A DNA stretch of 63,856 nt, filler included, from Octopus bimaculoides (lineage: Eukaryota): the NCBI RefSeq assembly GCF_001194135.2. It is 7 parts of 7 records of this genome, joined end to end, with 100 filler letters (N's around TTAATTAATTAA, not from the genome) between each part and the next. Parts side by side here need not be neighbours in the genome. Positions count along the whole stretch, not along the records: positions 22,643 to 29,721 come from NC_068998.1; positions 29,822 to 37,441 come from NC_068997.1; positions 37,542 to 47,455 come from NC_068996.1; 4 more parts are not named here. One strand, given 5' to 3'. This document shows, piece by piece, positions 25,541-38,633 of this stretch. How positions within the stretch are numbered: position 1 is the stretch's first letter; each line of letters begins with the position of its first letter. The notes under the pieces were generated by a model. That model had not been told where the DNA came from. It was given only the letters and a program-made list of their open reading frames with translations, and did not search any database. Position numbers and translations under genes: made by a program.

Positions 25541-25715
25541 CACCAACTTCAGGAAACCTGCCACCCATCTGATCATTTATCAATCTGGTGGGCACACTAA
25601 TCAGATTGACAGGGATGAGCATATGCTCGTGAATGTGCAACTCAACATAGGCAAGTGGTTAGCAACTTCAGACGTAAGGCTAGAAGGATCCAAAGACACA
25701 AACCAGCTGATTGCA
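25541..25715 (+). mobile_element. RTE-clade LINE apurinic endonuclease fragment
   Basis: TNFRKPATHLIIYQSGGHTNQID, then after a frameshift TQHRQVVSNFR, matching the APE C-terminal motifs NTxFxKxxxHLITYxSG..QIDY and QHRLV. Confidence 0.7.
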
Positions 25716-25841
25716 TTCCCTAACTTTGTGAAGAATACCCACTCACACACAATAGTGTCTGGTTCTACACTGGTCAACCCAGCACCCCAAAATGAGCTAA
25801 AAACCATTAATAAACCATATGCCAGAAAACGTATTGACCTA

Positions 25842-27090
25842 TACAATCCCTTGATAGTTGTCAGCTTTCTTGTTTCCAAGGAAATTCTGCACCACATCAG
25901 AAAAGACATTCCAAGCTCTAGCCTCCTTGCTCTCATTGTTGTAACAAAATGCAGATCCCTGAGGAGTGTTCTTATTTGAGGTCCATCAGATATTCTTTTC
26001 TTTTTGTCACTGAGACTTGGAAAGGTTGTACATATATATCTGAAGCAGTCCCCACAGTGATCGAGAGCTTTGATGAATTGCTTCATCACACCAAGTTTTA
26101 TGTGCAGTGGGGGGAAGATGCTGTTTTTTCCTATCAAACAGTAGGTCATTAAAAATGTTTTTGTCACCTGGCATCAAACTGTTTTTTGGGAGCCATACTT
26201 TTTTCACCCAGTGATCCTTTGTAGCCCTAGTACCCCAGTAGCACAGGAAACAAGTGTATTTAGTATAACCTCTTTGCTGGCCCAGTAAAAGGTTTACTAT
26301 TTCCAAATCAACACAAATTACCCATCCATGAGCATGATATTGCAACGTCTCCAGAACAATCCTGATGTTAGTATACTCCTATTTCACTTTTATAGTGCCT
26401 TATTGGGATTGAGCCATACAAATCCCCATTGTGAAGTAAAACACATTTCAAGCAGCTTTTAGAGCTGTCAATAAAAAGTTTCCACTCATGTGAATCATGT
26501 GCTGGTAGTTCCATATGCTGGCAGTCCCATATTGAGAAGAACCACTTCAACATCATTACAATAAACAAGCTGACCATCTGAATGGAAGTACTTCCACAGT
26601 TTTGCTTCTCTGTTACAATAAAAGGAGACACACATGCCAAGTTTCAGCAGTCTTTTCTCTGGCAGCCTGGAAGCCAACAATTTAGCAGGTTGTTTTGGCA
26701 GATCATTTGATTCAGGCTGACTAAACAATGAAAAATTACCACAGTCTATATCAGATGGTATAAACTGTTCATCTTCATCAGTAGTAGATGAATTAAGGGC
26801 TTCATCATTAATCTGTGGCAGCTCAATAGAAACAGGCACAGGTATTTTCCTGGAGTGTCAAACTGGTTGATGGGCAGATAGGATATCTGGGTATTGCAAG
26901 TTTCATTCGGTTTTCATATTGAACCCTTTTACATTAATAAGGCAGAAGTAGCAGTTATCCACATGGTTTGTTGGTTCTCTCCGAACCATTGAAAGGGTTT
27001 TAAAGCAAAATTCAGCTTGAACATTTTATTCAAAATAAGCATGACAATCCAGCCAAAATTAACTTTTGTTGGGATCCAGGTAAATAAAGG
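25842..27090 (-). mobile_element. Decayed DNA transposase, Chapaev3 (CMC)-like
   Basis: Frameshifted chain REPTNHVDNCYFC...WKLFIDSSKSCLKCVLLHNG...WVICVDLEIVNLLLGQQRGYTKYTCFLCYW...PPLHIKLGVMKQFIKAL...DGPQIR...FLGNKKADNY. The transposase call is firm; the Chapaev3 name is from recall. Confidence 0.75.
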
Positions 27091-28059
27091 CACAAAATGT
27101 GATGTGATAGAGCAAATCTGAGGCCAGTTTTGGAATCAGTACTCAAAAATTAGTCTAAAACAGCTCTAAGATTTTATGCCAGAGAATGAAATATTTATTT
27201 TGTTGGCCAGAGTTATGTTACATCAAGCTGATTCTAGTTCAGCACATGAAGCTCAATTTTAATTACTGCAATGATATTTCAGAGAAGATTATGCTGCCTT
27301 TTATTCAAAGATAATTGATTTTAGTCTAGTCTTTTTTATAGAATGTAATTTTTAAGAAAAAAATTCCAATACTTAAAACTGCACACTCTTTATCATAGTC
27401 ATATATAGTTCAAGGAGTACGTAGTCAATACTATTTCTGCAAGTGTTGAAAAAATATGCTAAGTGTAATTATAGAAATTTACTATTTTTCATGGAGAAAG
27501 TACATAACAACTGATAGCAAAGGTAGATGATGACAAAACTCGTTTTCCATTTTCATTTGTTAAAATGTTATATAAACTTCTCATTTCTAAATGACAAAAA
27601 CTCAACACAAAAGTTTCCATAACCTAATGAAATAAATAACAGGTCTTGAACAGAATGTTAAAGAATATTTATTACATTGAATTGATAAATCCGTCTCATT
27701 TTCTCGTAATCACTACAAACTAATATTTGACGTGATTCAGATGTAGAGTGCCTGATAAGACATATTTAAGTCTGGTTTGAAATCACTGTGTTCTTTCATG
27801 CTTCAAAAATTTGTTTTTAATGTCATCTAGAAAGTGTTGATTTTAGGTAGGTATTATTTTTTTATCTTTTTGACACAGTTATAGTGCACATAATCTTTCA
27901 TTTTATAGACTCATGTCTCACTGTGGTGGCTATTTATGAACACTGTGTGTAAATAGACATCATTTAAAGATTGAGTAGTGAATCGCAACATTGATCTTTA
28001 TAAATTGTATTTTTGTGAAAGTAGTTGACAGAATAAGCAGTAGTAATATATCCTAATGC

Positions 28060-28270
28060 AGCTGTCATTGGCCCTAAGTCAACTCTGACTGACCAGACTT
28101 GTGATCAGAAGCATTTCAAGCAAAATCCATCCCATCACTCGCTTGGAAGCATTGTGTTCTATGACTACAATACCCTAAATGCTCTTTCTTTTCAAGACAA
28201 TAAAGTGTAATTTGAGGGAGACTTGGTTGCTATTTGTAGCAGTCATGTTAATATGTAAGTACTCCCTCAT
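28060..28270 (-). repeat. Dispersed repeat (probable SINE 3' part) with a decayed + copy at ~19205-19370
   Basis: Reverse complement GACTGCTACAAATAGCAACCAAGTCTCCCT versus ACCTGCTAGAAATATCAACCAAATCTTCCT at ~19223. Confidence 0.5.
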
Positions 28271-28830
28271 TGGTTTATCACTAATGTAATTTTGTTGATT
28301 AATATGTAGTTTATTTAAATTAGATAAAAATAGAGTCAATGACGATTAGTTGAATATTTAGCCCGTTTTCTTAGTTTTTTGAGAAGTATGATGTGAAGAT
28401 GCAGATTAGACATAAAAACATTGTTATGTGATGTAAATAATTTTGACTTTCAAACAAACTTAAAACAGGTAATTTGTAGCAGGCTCAAACACATGATACA
28501 TGCCTTCAGAATTTAACTACTTAGTCCAATATTCTTCATTTTTTACAATTTTTTCTATTCACTTGTGTACATGCTCATATTTTTCCTATTAACATCATTA
28601 GAAGAATTTTAAAAAATGTGAGAATAAAAAGTGTGGCATAAAAGTACATGACACATCACTATGATTGACCTGCAAAAGATCAGTTTTTCCCTGTTTCACT
28701 TACAATTTTCAGGAATCTACCAAGATTGTTAATCAAAGATGTACTGCAAACTAATACAAAGTTAGTGTTTATCTGGAAATATAATTTCACATGCTTTTTC
28801 ACTCGTCAGAAAAAAAAAGAAAAACCTCTC

Positions 28831-28860
<30 letters not shown>

Positions 28861-28863
<3 letters not shown>

Positions 28864-29721
28864 TTTAAAAAAATGAAAATTTAATAATTTAACTTTACTT
28901 AAAAAAAAAAAATTCAAACAGTACACCAAATCGTTTGTCCAATGGTTATAATGGAAGCGCGCCTGTCAGGAATCTGTCAGCCTGACGACGAAACATTTTC
29001 AAATGGCAGAATATCTTCCCCGAATACGAACCTGGAAGGTCACTTAGACGGGATTTGTCCCAAATTAATCCCCCAAAGTTCACCACCACAACGACCACAA
29101 AATCAAAAATGTAAAAGAATTAAATGGAACCGGGAAGAATATAAAGAAGTAATTTACGCTTATTACTTTGCATTAAGTAGGCCAACCCAAGAGAAACACA
29201 CCGCAAACTCCTACAGAATTTGGAGGAGCCGGAATCCAGCTAGCAGAGCAAACCTGGATGAAAACAGATTAGTAAATGTTAGAAGAGATATCCTCAGAAA
29301 TACCAGACTCACAGATGCAGAATTAACCTCTATTAAAAGAGCGGTAGAGAATGACTTAAATATAAGTCAGGAAAGAAATAATGAAGCAGAGAGGAACGTT
29401 GGACCACAAGCACTGACTGAAAGGCGACCATCTGCCGAAACCACTCAAGAGCCTGAAGAAAAAGGAGAATATAATGACCCTAGGGAAAACAGCCAGGAAA
29501 ATGATGTCGAAACAGAATTTGAAGACCACATATTTGCTGAACAACACAGCAAATCTATCACTGAAATGAAGCAGGAAGTTCTGAATGAGCTTGCAGTTGT
29601 AGGGCATACAAATATGAATGATAGGGAACCACTCCATAAACTACCAAATGCACACCAACATAAAACACAAATAAAAATTGGCAACTGTGTTACACAAGAG
29701 ATTATACAACAACTAAAACCC
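28861..29721 (+). mobile_element. 5' end of a young R4/Dong LINE with intact ORF N-terminus
   Basis: Follows (TAA)n 28831-28860. 260 uninterrupted codons from 28942 include RIKWNREEYKEVIYAYY...IWRSRNP...NRLVNVRRDILRNTRLTDAELTSIK (R4 N-terminal motif). Runs into the join. Confidence 0.8.
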
Positions 29722-29821
29722 NNNNNNNNNNNNNNNNNNNNNNNNNNNNNNNNNNNNNNNNNNNNTTAATTAATTAANNNNNNNNNNNNNNNNNNNNNNN
29801 NNNNNNNNNNNNNNNNNNNNN
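29722..29821. other. Artificial assembly join
   Basis: TTAATTAATTAA at 29766-29777, 44 N each side. Confidence 0.95.
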
Positions 29822-29855
<34 letters not shown>

Positions 29856-30614
29856 CAAAAGAGCTATGGTATATATCAGAACAATAATGAAACATATACT
29901 GAAGAATAGAGTCAACAAGATTAGGGAGATTAAGAATTAATGGGTTCCAACTTTGGGCTAACAATAAAACTGTTAACAACTACTTCAGTGTTGTATAGTT
30001 TAGGATTCTAGTGTTATAAATCTTGTGACCACTGCAGGTCAAACCTATTGAATTTACCAGCAGTTACATCAGTGTGGAAGGATCAAAGTTGACATAAGCA
30101 TGTGTACATATATAACCCTTTTTTAAAAATCATTCGGACTGGATTTAAAAAGAGAAAGAAAGCACAATCAGTAGACCTACATGCTTTTCATACGGCTCAT
30201 CTGACGGCGAAGTCATCTATGATCTATTCATTCTATTTATACTAAATTTCCGAATTATTTCACATACTATCGGATTATAATGGGCCGACGGGTTAGTGTT
30301 ACACACAATGTGATGCCCACACTCACGAAACCACCAGCAATAAATTCCATAGCGTATTTTTTTTAAATCGTATACGACAGTCATTACTAAAATTAATTTT
30401 ACAGACGTATATCTGGACGTAGTTTACTCTGCTCACAAGCCATTTCGTATTGTTAATGATAAATTTAGGAACATAAAAAAAAGCAGTCCTGTTATTCCTT
30501 ACAAATTATCCAACATTTGTGTGAGAACATTTAAACTCTCGTCTTCTTACAGATTGGCATTAGCATGTTATGGCGTCAAAGATAAAAGTCACACACAGGA
30601 TCTTGCTTCAACCA

Positions 30615-30930
30615 TTGTTGTTGTTGTTTGTTCCTTCTCGAATCATTCCTGGTCCATAAGGGCCCGTTTCCCGGGTTTCATTGGCGTATAGGTTCCCCTT
30701 TTAGACAGGACCCCGGTCCGTCACAACCGAGCTGCCAGATGCAGGGGGAAAGAGTGAGAGAAAGTTGTGGCGAAAGAGTCAGCAGGAGTTTGTCATTACC
30801 TTCCGCCGGAGCCGCGTGGAGCTTTTACGGATTTCGCAAATAAACACACACATCACCCAATCAGAGACTAGAACCCGCAATCTCTCGGCTGCGAGTCCGC
30901 TGCTCTAACCACTAGGCCATGTGCCTCCAC
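30615..30930 (-). mobile_element. SINE with family C head and family D-type tail
   Basis: The head aligns to 14245 up to ACTCTTTC.CCACAACTTTCTCTCACTCTT; the tail ATACGCCAATGAAACCCGGGAAACGGGCCC matches 43092-43340. Confidence 0.8.
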
Positions 30931-31529
30931 AGCTTTAACTATTACTTACGAGAAATAGTTTCAGAGGGATAATGTATTTCTTATGTTATCCTCTTTGTAT
31001 CATAATCAGCTGCATCTCTATTGATTAAAGCTAATATTCATAAGTTTTCCAATAATTTATCGATTAACACTGATATTAATTAGCCATGCCAATCTGTAAT
31101 GTAGTTAACTTCGAAACAATATAACTCCGTTAATGGTTTTTCCTGGAATAAGGTCGGCGGTTTATTGTGACAAATGTCATAATTATCGCTTACTATACAC
31201 CGATATACAAACATTTTCTGCCACTACTAGCCTTGATCAACAAGGTTGCAAAGTTTAATGATATCTTTGGAATAGAAATACTTAAACTATTCTTTTATTC
31301 AGATCATTTTGCTATCTACACTCGCTCATTGATTGATTGTTGTCACACCCACCTTACTTTCTTAGATTTTGTTAATCTTGCTTAGAAATTTCTTTAGCCG
31401 GATGAGTTGGGTGTTGTGTAACACGTAACGGTATTTTATGGTCGTTTTGCAGACTGTATATCTCATTGCATTATTCTTACGCCGCAATAATGACTCTGAA
31501 CGAAGCAAATAAACCCATTCGTGTTTTTA

Positions 31530-31572
<43 letters not shown>

Positions 31573-32069
31573 NNNNNNNNNNNNNNNNNNNNNNNNNNNN
31601 NNNNNNNNNNNNNNNNNNNNNNNNNNNNNNNNNNNNNNNNNNNNNNNNNNNNNNNNNNNNNNNNNNNNNNNNNNNNNNNNNNNNNNNNNNNNNNNNNNNN
31701 NNNNNNNNNNNNNNNNNNNNNNNNNNNNNNNNNNNNNNNNNNNNNNNNNNNNNNNNNNNNNNNNNNNNNNNNNNNNNNNNNNNNNNNNNNNNNNNNNNNN
31801 NNNNNNNNNNNNNNNNNNNNNNNNNNNNNNNNNNNNNNNNNNNNNNNNNNNNNNNNNNNNNNNNNNNNNNNNNNNNNNNNNNNNNNNNNNNNNNNNNNNN
31901 NNNNNNNNNNNNNNNNNNNNNNNNNNNNNNNNNNNNNNNNNNNNNNNNNNNNNNNNNNNNNNNNNNNNNNNNNNNNNNNNNNNNNNNNNNNNNNNNNNNN
32001 NNNNNNNNNNNNNNNNNNNNNNNNNNNNNNNNNNNNNNNNNNACATACATGCACACCTATATATATGCA

Positions 32070-32300
32070 TAGTTATTTGTGTTTGTTTGTCCTCAACCAC
32101 CGCTTGTCAACCAGTGTTAGTTTGTTTACATCTTCGCAACAGAGAGGTTCGATAAAAGAGACTGATAGAATAAGTACGAGGCTTCTAAAAAATAAAAGTA
32201 CTGGGATCGATTCGTTTGACTAAAAAAACCTCGGCAATGCCTGTTCCCCAGTATGGCTGCAGTCCCATGGCTGAAGCAAGCATGGGATACAAGTAAAAAA
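32070..32300 (+). mobile_element. SINE family A, 3' half
   Basis: GCTTGTCAACC...GATAGAATAAGTAC...GATTCGTTTGACTAA...CAGTATGGCTGCAGTC. Confidence 0.7.
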
Positions 32301-32787
32301 TTCAAAGAGAACGCAGAGAAAAAGAAAATAGAAAAAAAGAAGCGGTAAAGAAATGGATTAGAGAGGAATTAAGTGAACTAGATTGACTAGACAATAAACC
32401 CTAATTACTATAACATTTAGACAATTAGATATCTGCTAATGATTGCAATAAAGACAATTTTTAACTACATCACTCCAGGGATACTATTTGTAATTCTGCA
32501 CTTCTTCCAGATTTTTTGAACTGACTGCAGAAGAACCTGTGATTCTTGGTAAACGAAAAAAATAATAATAATAAATAAATAAATAATGAAAAAAAACAAA
32601 ATAGAGTTAATGTAATATAATATAGTAGGACCTTACCATTAGGGTCCTACTGTGAGTCGTGAAAGTCAAAGCTATAAAACGCGAAAGTGAATTGAAATAA
32701 TTATTCTCATAAATCAATTTATCACACTTTCGGATTCATACTCCATTCATCCGTTTATTTCAAGTGATATTATTATCATTATTATTA

Positions 32788-32818
<31 letters not shown>

Positions 32819-32861
32819 GATAACTATTATTATTATTACTATTATTGTTGCTGTTGTTGTG

Positions 32862-32903
<42 letters not shown>

Positions 32904-32906
<3 letters not shown>

Positions 32907-32994
32907 TAGTTTTATTTTTATAACGTGCTTTCACTTCACTACCGAGCGCAGCTCTGTGCGCCTTGGGTATGTGCTGTGGTTTGCTGTGGTGCTC

Positions 32995-32995
<1 letters not shown>
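32904..32995 (-). mobile_element. 92-bp unique island inside a (TTA)n array, probable extreme 3' end of a TAA-targeting LINE
   Basis: Flanked on both sides by long TTA arrays; contains a GCGCA-loop-TGCGC hairpin; no coding match. Assignment is by context. Confidence 0.4.
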
Positions 32996-33063
<68 letters not shown>

Positions 33064-33381
33064 GGTGTGTTGACATGAAAACAAATATGAAAAACACACA
33101 GTTTGTCTGTCTGATTGAACACCTTTATCTCTCTTTTTCTTTCTTTCTCTCTCTCACTCTCATTCTCTTTGTGTGTCTCTTATTCAAGCATATTCATAAC
33201 TACAGACACACACAAACACGCGCGCGTGCAAACATACTCACATACACGGAGACCCTGCTCATAGATATATATGCATGAATATGTGTTTGTGTGTGTGTAG
33301 TCCCTTTACAGCGTGTGGCTTTACTTATAGTAATAGCCTTTGAAATAATAATGTACATGTGTGTGTGTATGTATATATATA

Positions 33382-33430
<49 letters not shown>

Positions 33431-33485
33431 ACCCAGAGAGAGATAGAAAGAGTGAAGAGGACAGTGGGGAGGGGAGGAAAATTGT

Positions 33486-33788
33486 CGTATTTTCCGGAGT
33501 ACTAGTCGGATTTTATAAACGAAAATTTACAGCTTAAATTGGTAGATCGATTTATACAGGAACACGTCTTTAGAATATCAAAAATCTCATGTGAAATGCA
33601 ACAGGATTTGAAAGGATTCTGACGATATCTGAATGTTTGTACTACATGTTTCCACTAAATGTTTCCACTATCCAACTTTACATGGATGTGTTGTTAGAAC
33701 ACCGAATAGTGCCTAAATAACCTTGAGAGATCCTTTGATATACACTATATTTTCCGACGTGCGTGCGACTAATATTTCGGAAAATATA
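33486..33788. mobile_element. Degenerate pogo/Tigger-like MITE
   Basis: Left CGTATTTCCGGAGTACTAGTCGG and right GTGCGACTAATATTTCGGAAAATA form an imperfect ~25-bp TIR pair. Confidence 0.55.
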
Positions 33789-34069
33789 TTATAATAGAAT
33801 TTTTTTCACAATGTACGATATGTCTCACAAACTTGATAATTTCGATTGATATTATATGAAATGTAGCGATAATAGTAGAGGTTCGATTTGTGAGGTGTTT
33901 GTTTTTGTTAAAGAGGAACATTGTCTGTATATGCATGTGTCCGATAGTAAAGAAAATGGTACGAGGTGTGGGAAAATATATTTAGAAAGAAAGAAATCAG
34001 CACTTGTTAATGGTTGTTAGTAGAAGCTGTAGTTTGGAATGTCTCAATAATTTTGGTGGCATACTTTAA

Positions 34070-34290
34070 CCCTTTCGTTGCTGTATTTATTTTGAGATGC
34101 TCTGTGTCTCTTTCAACTAATTTTAAATATAACAAAGAATTTAGTAAAATAGCTTAGTTATCATTAAGCTAGTGTTAGGAACATAAATTGTGACTAAGGT
34201 TTGGTGGAAGATTTTAATTTAAAACTTATGAAAACAAGACATTTGCACTACAGAGCCAGAACCAGTTTCAGGAGGTCGGTAACGAATGGG
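34070..34290. mobile_element. piggyBac-like MITE
   Basis: TTAA|CCCTTTCGTTG at the left end and GTAACGAATGGG at the right (imperfect TIR); the right TTAA is decayed; no ORF. Confidence 0.65.
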
Positions 34291-36535
34291 TGTATGAAAT
34301 AGGGCAACAATGACTGTGCTGTTATAGGTGGTGATAGTGGTGGTATTATTGGTTGTGTAGGTGTTGTTGTTGGTGGTGGTGATGGTGTTTTGCTATTAGA
34401 GTTGTTGGTGGTAGTTGTTTGTTGATGGTGTAGGTGTTGGTATTTTTGTTGTTGCAGGTAGTAGTTCTGGTGATGTGGGTAGTGGTATTGTCTTGTCTGT
34501 GGTAGAGGTAGTGTAGCTGGTGGCGGTAGTGTTTTTGGTGTAATTTTTGCTGTTGTTGATGGTGGTGGTGGTGGTGGTGCTAGCATTGTAATTGATAGTC
34601 GTATTGGCGGGTTGTGGTGTGCAGAGATGCACTATAAGTGAAATATCGGTTTTCTATGCGCACAGGGCATTAATATACCTTGATTTCTACGAGCCGAAAA
34701 AGTAGTCTCTATATATTCTACAGAATTGCTTGAAATAACTGACAAAGCTTCTTTAGATCATTTCCTATTATCTTGAAAAAAAAAGAAAAAAGAAAAAAAA
34801 AGAACATAGTGAGTAACGTTGTTTTGATATTCTATGGCTGTAAAGCATAACAACGGCCCCTTTGATCATAATCCTATTCGAGCAGATTCCATTTGATTTG
34901 GTCCTTTAAACTAGCGATTAGCTTTAATTCGTTTTGTGCTTCATTACGTAATAGACATTGAAGTAATACGGCGAGCTGGCAGGATCACTCGTCGGACGAA
35001 ATGCTTAGCGGCAATAACTTAGTGCACTAGCGTCGATGTAATTGTCTATCCTTCTCTCCCAAAATAATTTTTTCTATTAAGGTTTCCAGAAACATTTTTA
35101 CAGCCTCATGAAATAGAAGATTTAATTTCTGGTTGGTAAATACTTGAGTATGAATTGTAGTGCAAACCTTTGTAATCTTTTGAAAACCAAATTCAAGATA
35201 TTGTCCCATGCAGCTTGGTAGTGTTTCTACAATGGAAGAAAATTTTGTCATAAAGTTTTTGGATGGTCTCTACAAGAACATAAAGGTTATTCTATACGAC
35301 CTGTTCTGTTCGTGACTGAATATAATCAAACGGAATATCGTTTGTATCTAACAGAAACATTTTTCATATACATTGAACAGTATTTTACATTTCATACATT
35401 GATAAACTTGTGTTTTAAATTATCTATTTCATATTTACAGAAATCCCTTAAAGGTTTTCGCCTCATTACTTTAATTTATATGGTATATTAACGCTCATTT
35501 TAGATATAATGGAAGATACTACAAATGTGTTCACCATTTACCCTACAACGATTACAGTCTCAAGAAAAATATATTGGCCAGACGAGATCACCAATTGCAA
35601 CATATAGCAAGTTTTAATAGATAAAATAATGGTTTTTAAGTATGTATAACAAATCTTTTAGCGACCAGTGGTATTTTCAATTGTGCTATTTACTTCCCAG
35701 AAGAGCGTTGTATTCGAAATATCAAGAATTATTAACAATAGCCATTATAGACTTTGGATAGTGTAAAATTTATAATTTCAATAAGGACTCGAACATTAAC
35801 GTGCTTCTTGAAAAAGGACCAGACAACCAACCACCTCCTCACTACCTTCGCTAAGTATGTAATCAATGCTGATGACATTTATATTGTGACGACTCAACAG
35901 AATTCGGGAGCTCCCGCAAGTTCTACGCATTCTGTCTGGGTATAAATACCAAACAGAACTTGACTATCGACATATCGCATTCCTTTCGAAGTAATTCTTG
36001 CTAAGTACTGCTCTCAATCACTTAACATTGCAGATGCATAGATAGATAAAACGGTCGATTGGGAAAAATTCTTAGAGCGTCACACAAAATATCTTCGAGT
36101 ATTTCGTTATGTTAGTCAGTATCAGGAGTTCTATTCCCGCCAAATTCTACTCTGCATACGATCGGGGCCGATTTTATCAACTTTTCCAAATATCCATAAT
36201 GTTTGATATCGTACAGCTCTATGTAAAATAATGATTTTCGATACGTCCGGCAGATATGCATTCCAAATGATTTATCAATCTTTAAATCGATGGCATATAA
36301 CTCCAATTGCTATCCAGAAAATTATGATCCGCTTTATACTTATAAATAGCAATAAAAGATGTTTTCATCAATTACATGATGATTAAATAAATATATTTGC
36401 AACTCTAGTAAAACCACTGTTCTGTCTGTGCATAAACGTATTCACGAAGGAAAACACATGCATACATACATACGTACATACATACATACATACATACATT
36501 CATACATGCATACGCCATTCATACACATGACGATC

Positions 36536-36675
36536 CATTGTGTTCTTGACCAAACACTTCATTTATTGTTACTGAAGACGACTCAGCTGGCAAAAATGAG
36601 TATTCTTGCCACGGACTGACTTTTCGTCCAATGGGGGAAAAATATACGGCACAGAGTATGGGAAACCGGCCTTAT
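36536..36675 (+). mobile_element. SINE family D, partial
   Basis: TGTGTTCTTGACCAAACACTTCATTT...ACTCAGCTGGCAAAAATGAGTA core. Confidence 0.6.
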
Positions 36676-37409
36676 AAACCTACGACTAAGAAAGGAGTTC
36701 TGACACACACATATTTGTGTGTGTATGTGTATCTATGTATATATGTATACATGAATGCATATTTGGGTAGTATATGTGCGTCGTGTACACATGTATTATA
36801 AAAAAATATATACGTATATACATATATATATATACATACATATATATATATATANNNNNNNNNNAAATTTTTTCCCACCCTAACGTCTATTAATTATGTA
36901 TACACACACACACACACACACACGCACACACACACACACACGCACACACATATATAAAGGTGGAGAGGTACACCAGTTCATATATATCATCTTTGACTTC
37001 AGAGGATGTCTACATCATTCTCTGTAATTTTTACAAGGAAAGGGTACAAATTATAGAAACACGAATATTTCTGTTGACCTTTCACTTCCAAATAACATAC
37101 ATAATACTTTATTTCTTATTATTCTTAACACTTAAACGAATGCTTATTCAGATTCTAAAAGTTGCAAAGCATTGAAAAATATGCTATTAATTTTTTGGCT
37201 ATTCATAAAAAAAACAGACATCTTGGATGTTTATCAGAATTGATGAGTAGACAATGATATTGTCTATATTCTCATATTATTAAACTCTAGATAAACGATA
37301 CCATATCAACAGAAGTCTTACCTATACTCCCACACATCCAAATACACTTACTCATGTATAGAACGCACTAACACAAACACGCACATATACATACATACAA
37401 ACAGACATA

Positions 37410-37441
<32 letters not shown>

Positions 37442-37541
37442 NNNNNNNNNNNNNNNNNNNNNNNNNNNNNNNNNNNNNNNNNNNNTTAATTAATTAANNN
37501 NNNNNNNNNNNNNNNNNNNNNNNNNNNNNNNNNNNNNNNNN
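37442..37541. other. Artificial assembly join
   Basis: TTAATTAATTAA at 37486-37497, 44 N each side. Confidence 0.95.
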
Positions 37542-37611
37542 GAGAGAGAGAGAGAGAGAGTGTGTGTGAGAGAGAGAGAGTGTGTGTGAGAGAGAGAGAG
37601 TGTGTGTGTGT

Positions 37612-37653
<42 letters not shown>

Positions 37654-37825
37654 GTCAACAAAAAGAATACAGTGAAATGACTGTGGTGGAGAGATGGATA
37701 GAGAAGCAGACAGACAGACAGGCAGAAAATGATTGCTAGGCCAATGAAATTTCAATTGAAAGAAATAAACTGCTACCCACAATATGTTGCTGAACGACGA
37801 AAGACAAATATATGTGCAATGTAAT

Positions 37826-38048
37826 CTGGCAGAATCGTTAGCACGCCGAGCGAAATGCTTGGCGGTATTTCGTCAGCCGTTACGTTCTGTTTTCAAATTC
37901 CACCGAGGTCGACTTTGCCTTTCATCCTTTCGGGATCGATAAATTAAGTACCAGTTACGCACTGGGATCGATGTAATCGACTTAGACCCTTTGTCTGTCC
38001 TTGCATGTCCCCTCTGTGTTTAGCCCCCCTGTAGACAATAAAGAAATA
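37826..38048 (+). mobile_element. SINE family B, near full length
   Basis: CTGGCAGAATCGTTAGCACGCCG...GAGGTCGACTTTGCCTTTCATCC...GACAATAAAGAAATA. Confidence 0.9.
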
Positions 38049-38566
38049 AATGTAAGACACAGCATACAGTGTAATCTTGACATTGGACAATTGAACCGTA
38101 ACAAAAGGGAGAAAGATATCTTTTCTATTCGTGACATTATGTCTCCTGATGTGACTCCCCATCATCGTACACTAGTTAAAGAGCATAATTGTATGAAAAG
38201 ATATCGGTAGTCAAAATCAAGTTATTAGCAATTTAGAGGTTATATACAAAGCACCACGTAAAAAATACAATTTGAATTATCAATGTAAGCACCAGGGTTC
38301 GAGGAAGAGAGTTAACTTCGAGCAATCCGTAGTGAATATATAAAAAAAAAAAACTTTCAGAAAGAATAGCGGCTTATTGAGTCGGAAGCTTGCGGAATTT
38401 TTTTTCTTGTATCGAAGAACGATGAGCTGAAAAAAGTTCTTCTTATATTCCCTGGTAGGCAACCAGGGTTGCTGAGTGTGCGAAAAAGAATACAATACTT
38501 ACGGAATGGGAGTCTGGGAAATCCGAGCTACATATTTTTCATTGCAAGTGGAATGTCAGGAATGTA

Positions 38567-38633
<67 letters not shown>

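Noticed and set aside
28960-29000. GTCAGG...CCTGAC stem with CTGACGA-CGAAAC as an HDV-like or hammerhead ribozyme in the Dong 5' region
   Set aside because: Only 10 nt separate the stem strands (too few for P2/P3/L3), and there is no stem II between the hammerhead-like words.
30390-30690. ~100-codon open frame on the plus strand
   Set aside because: No start or coherent splice pair, no recognisable motif, and it runs into a SINE tail; a few such frames are expected by chance.
35754-35945. NADDIYIV as an RT YADD motif
   Set aside because: Isolated motif with no other RT domains nearby.
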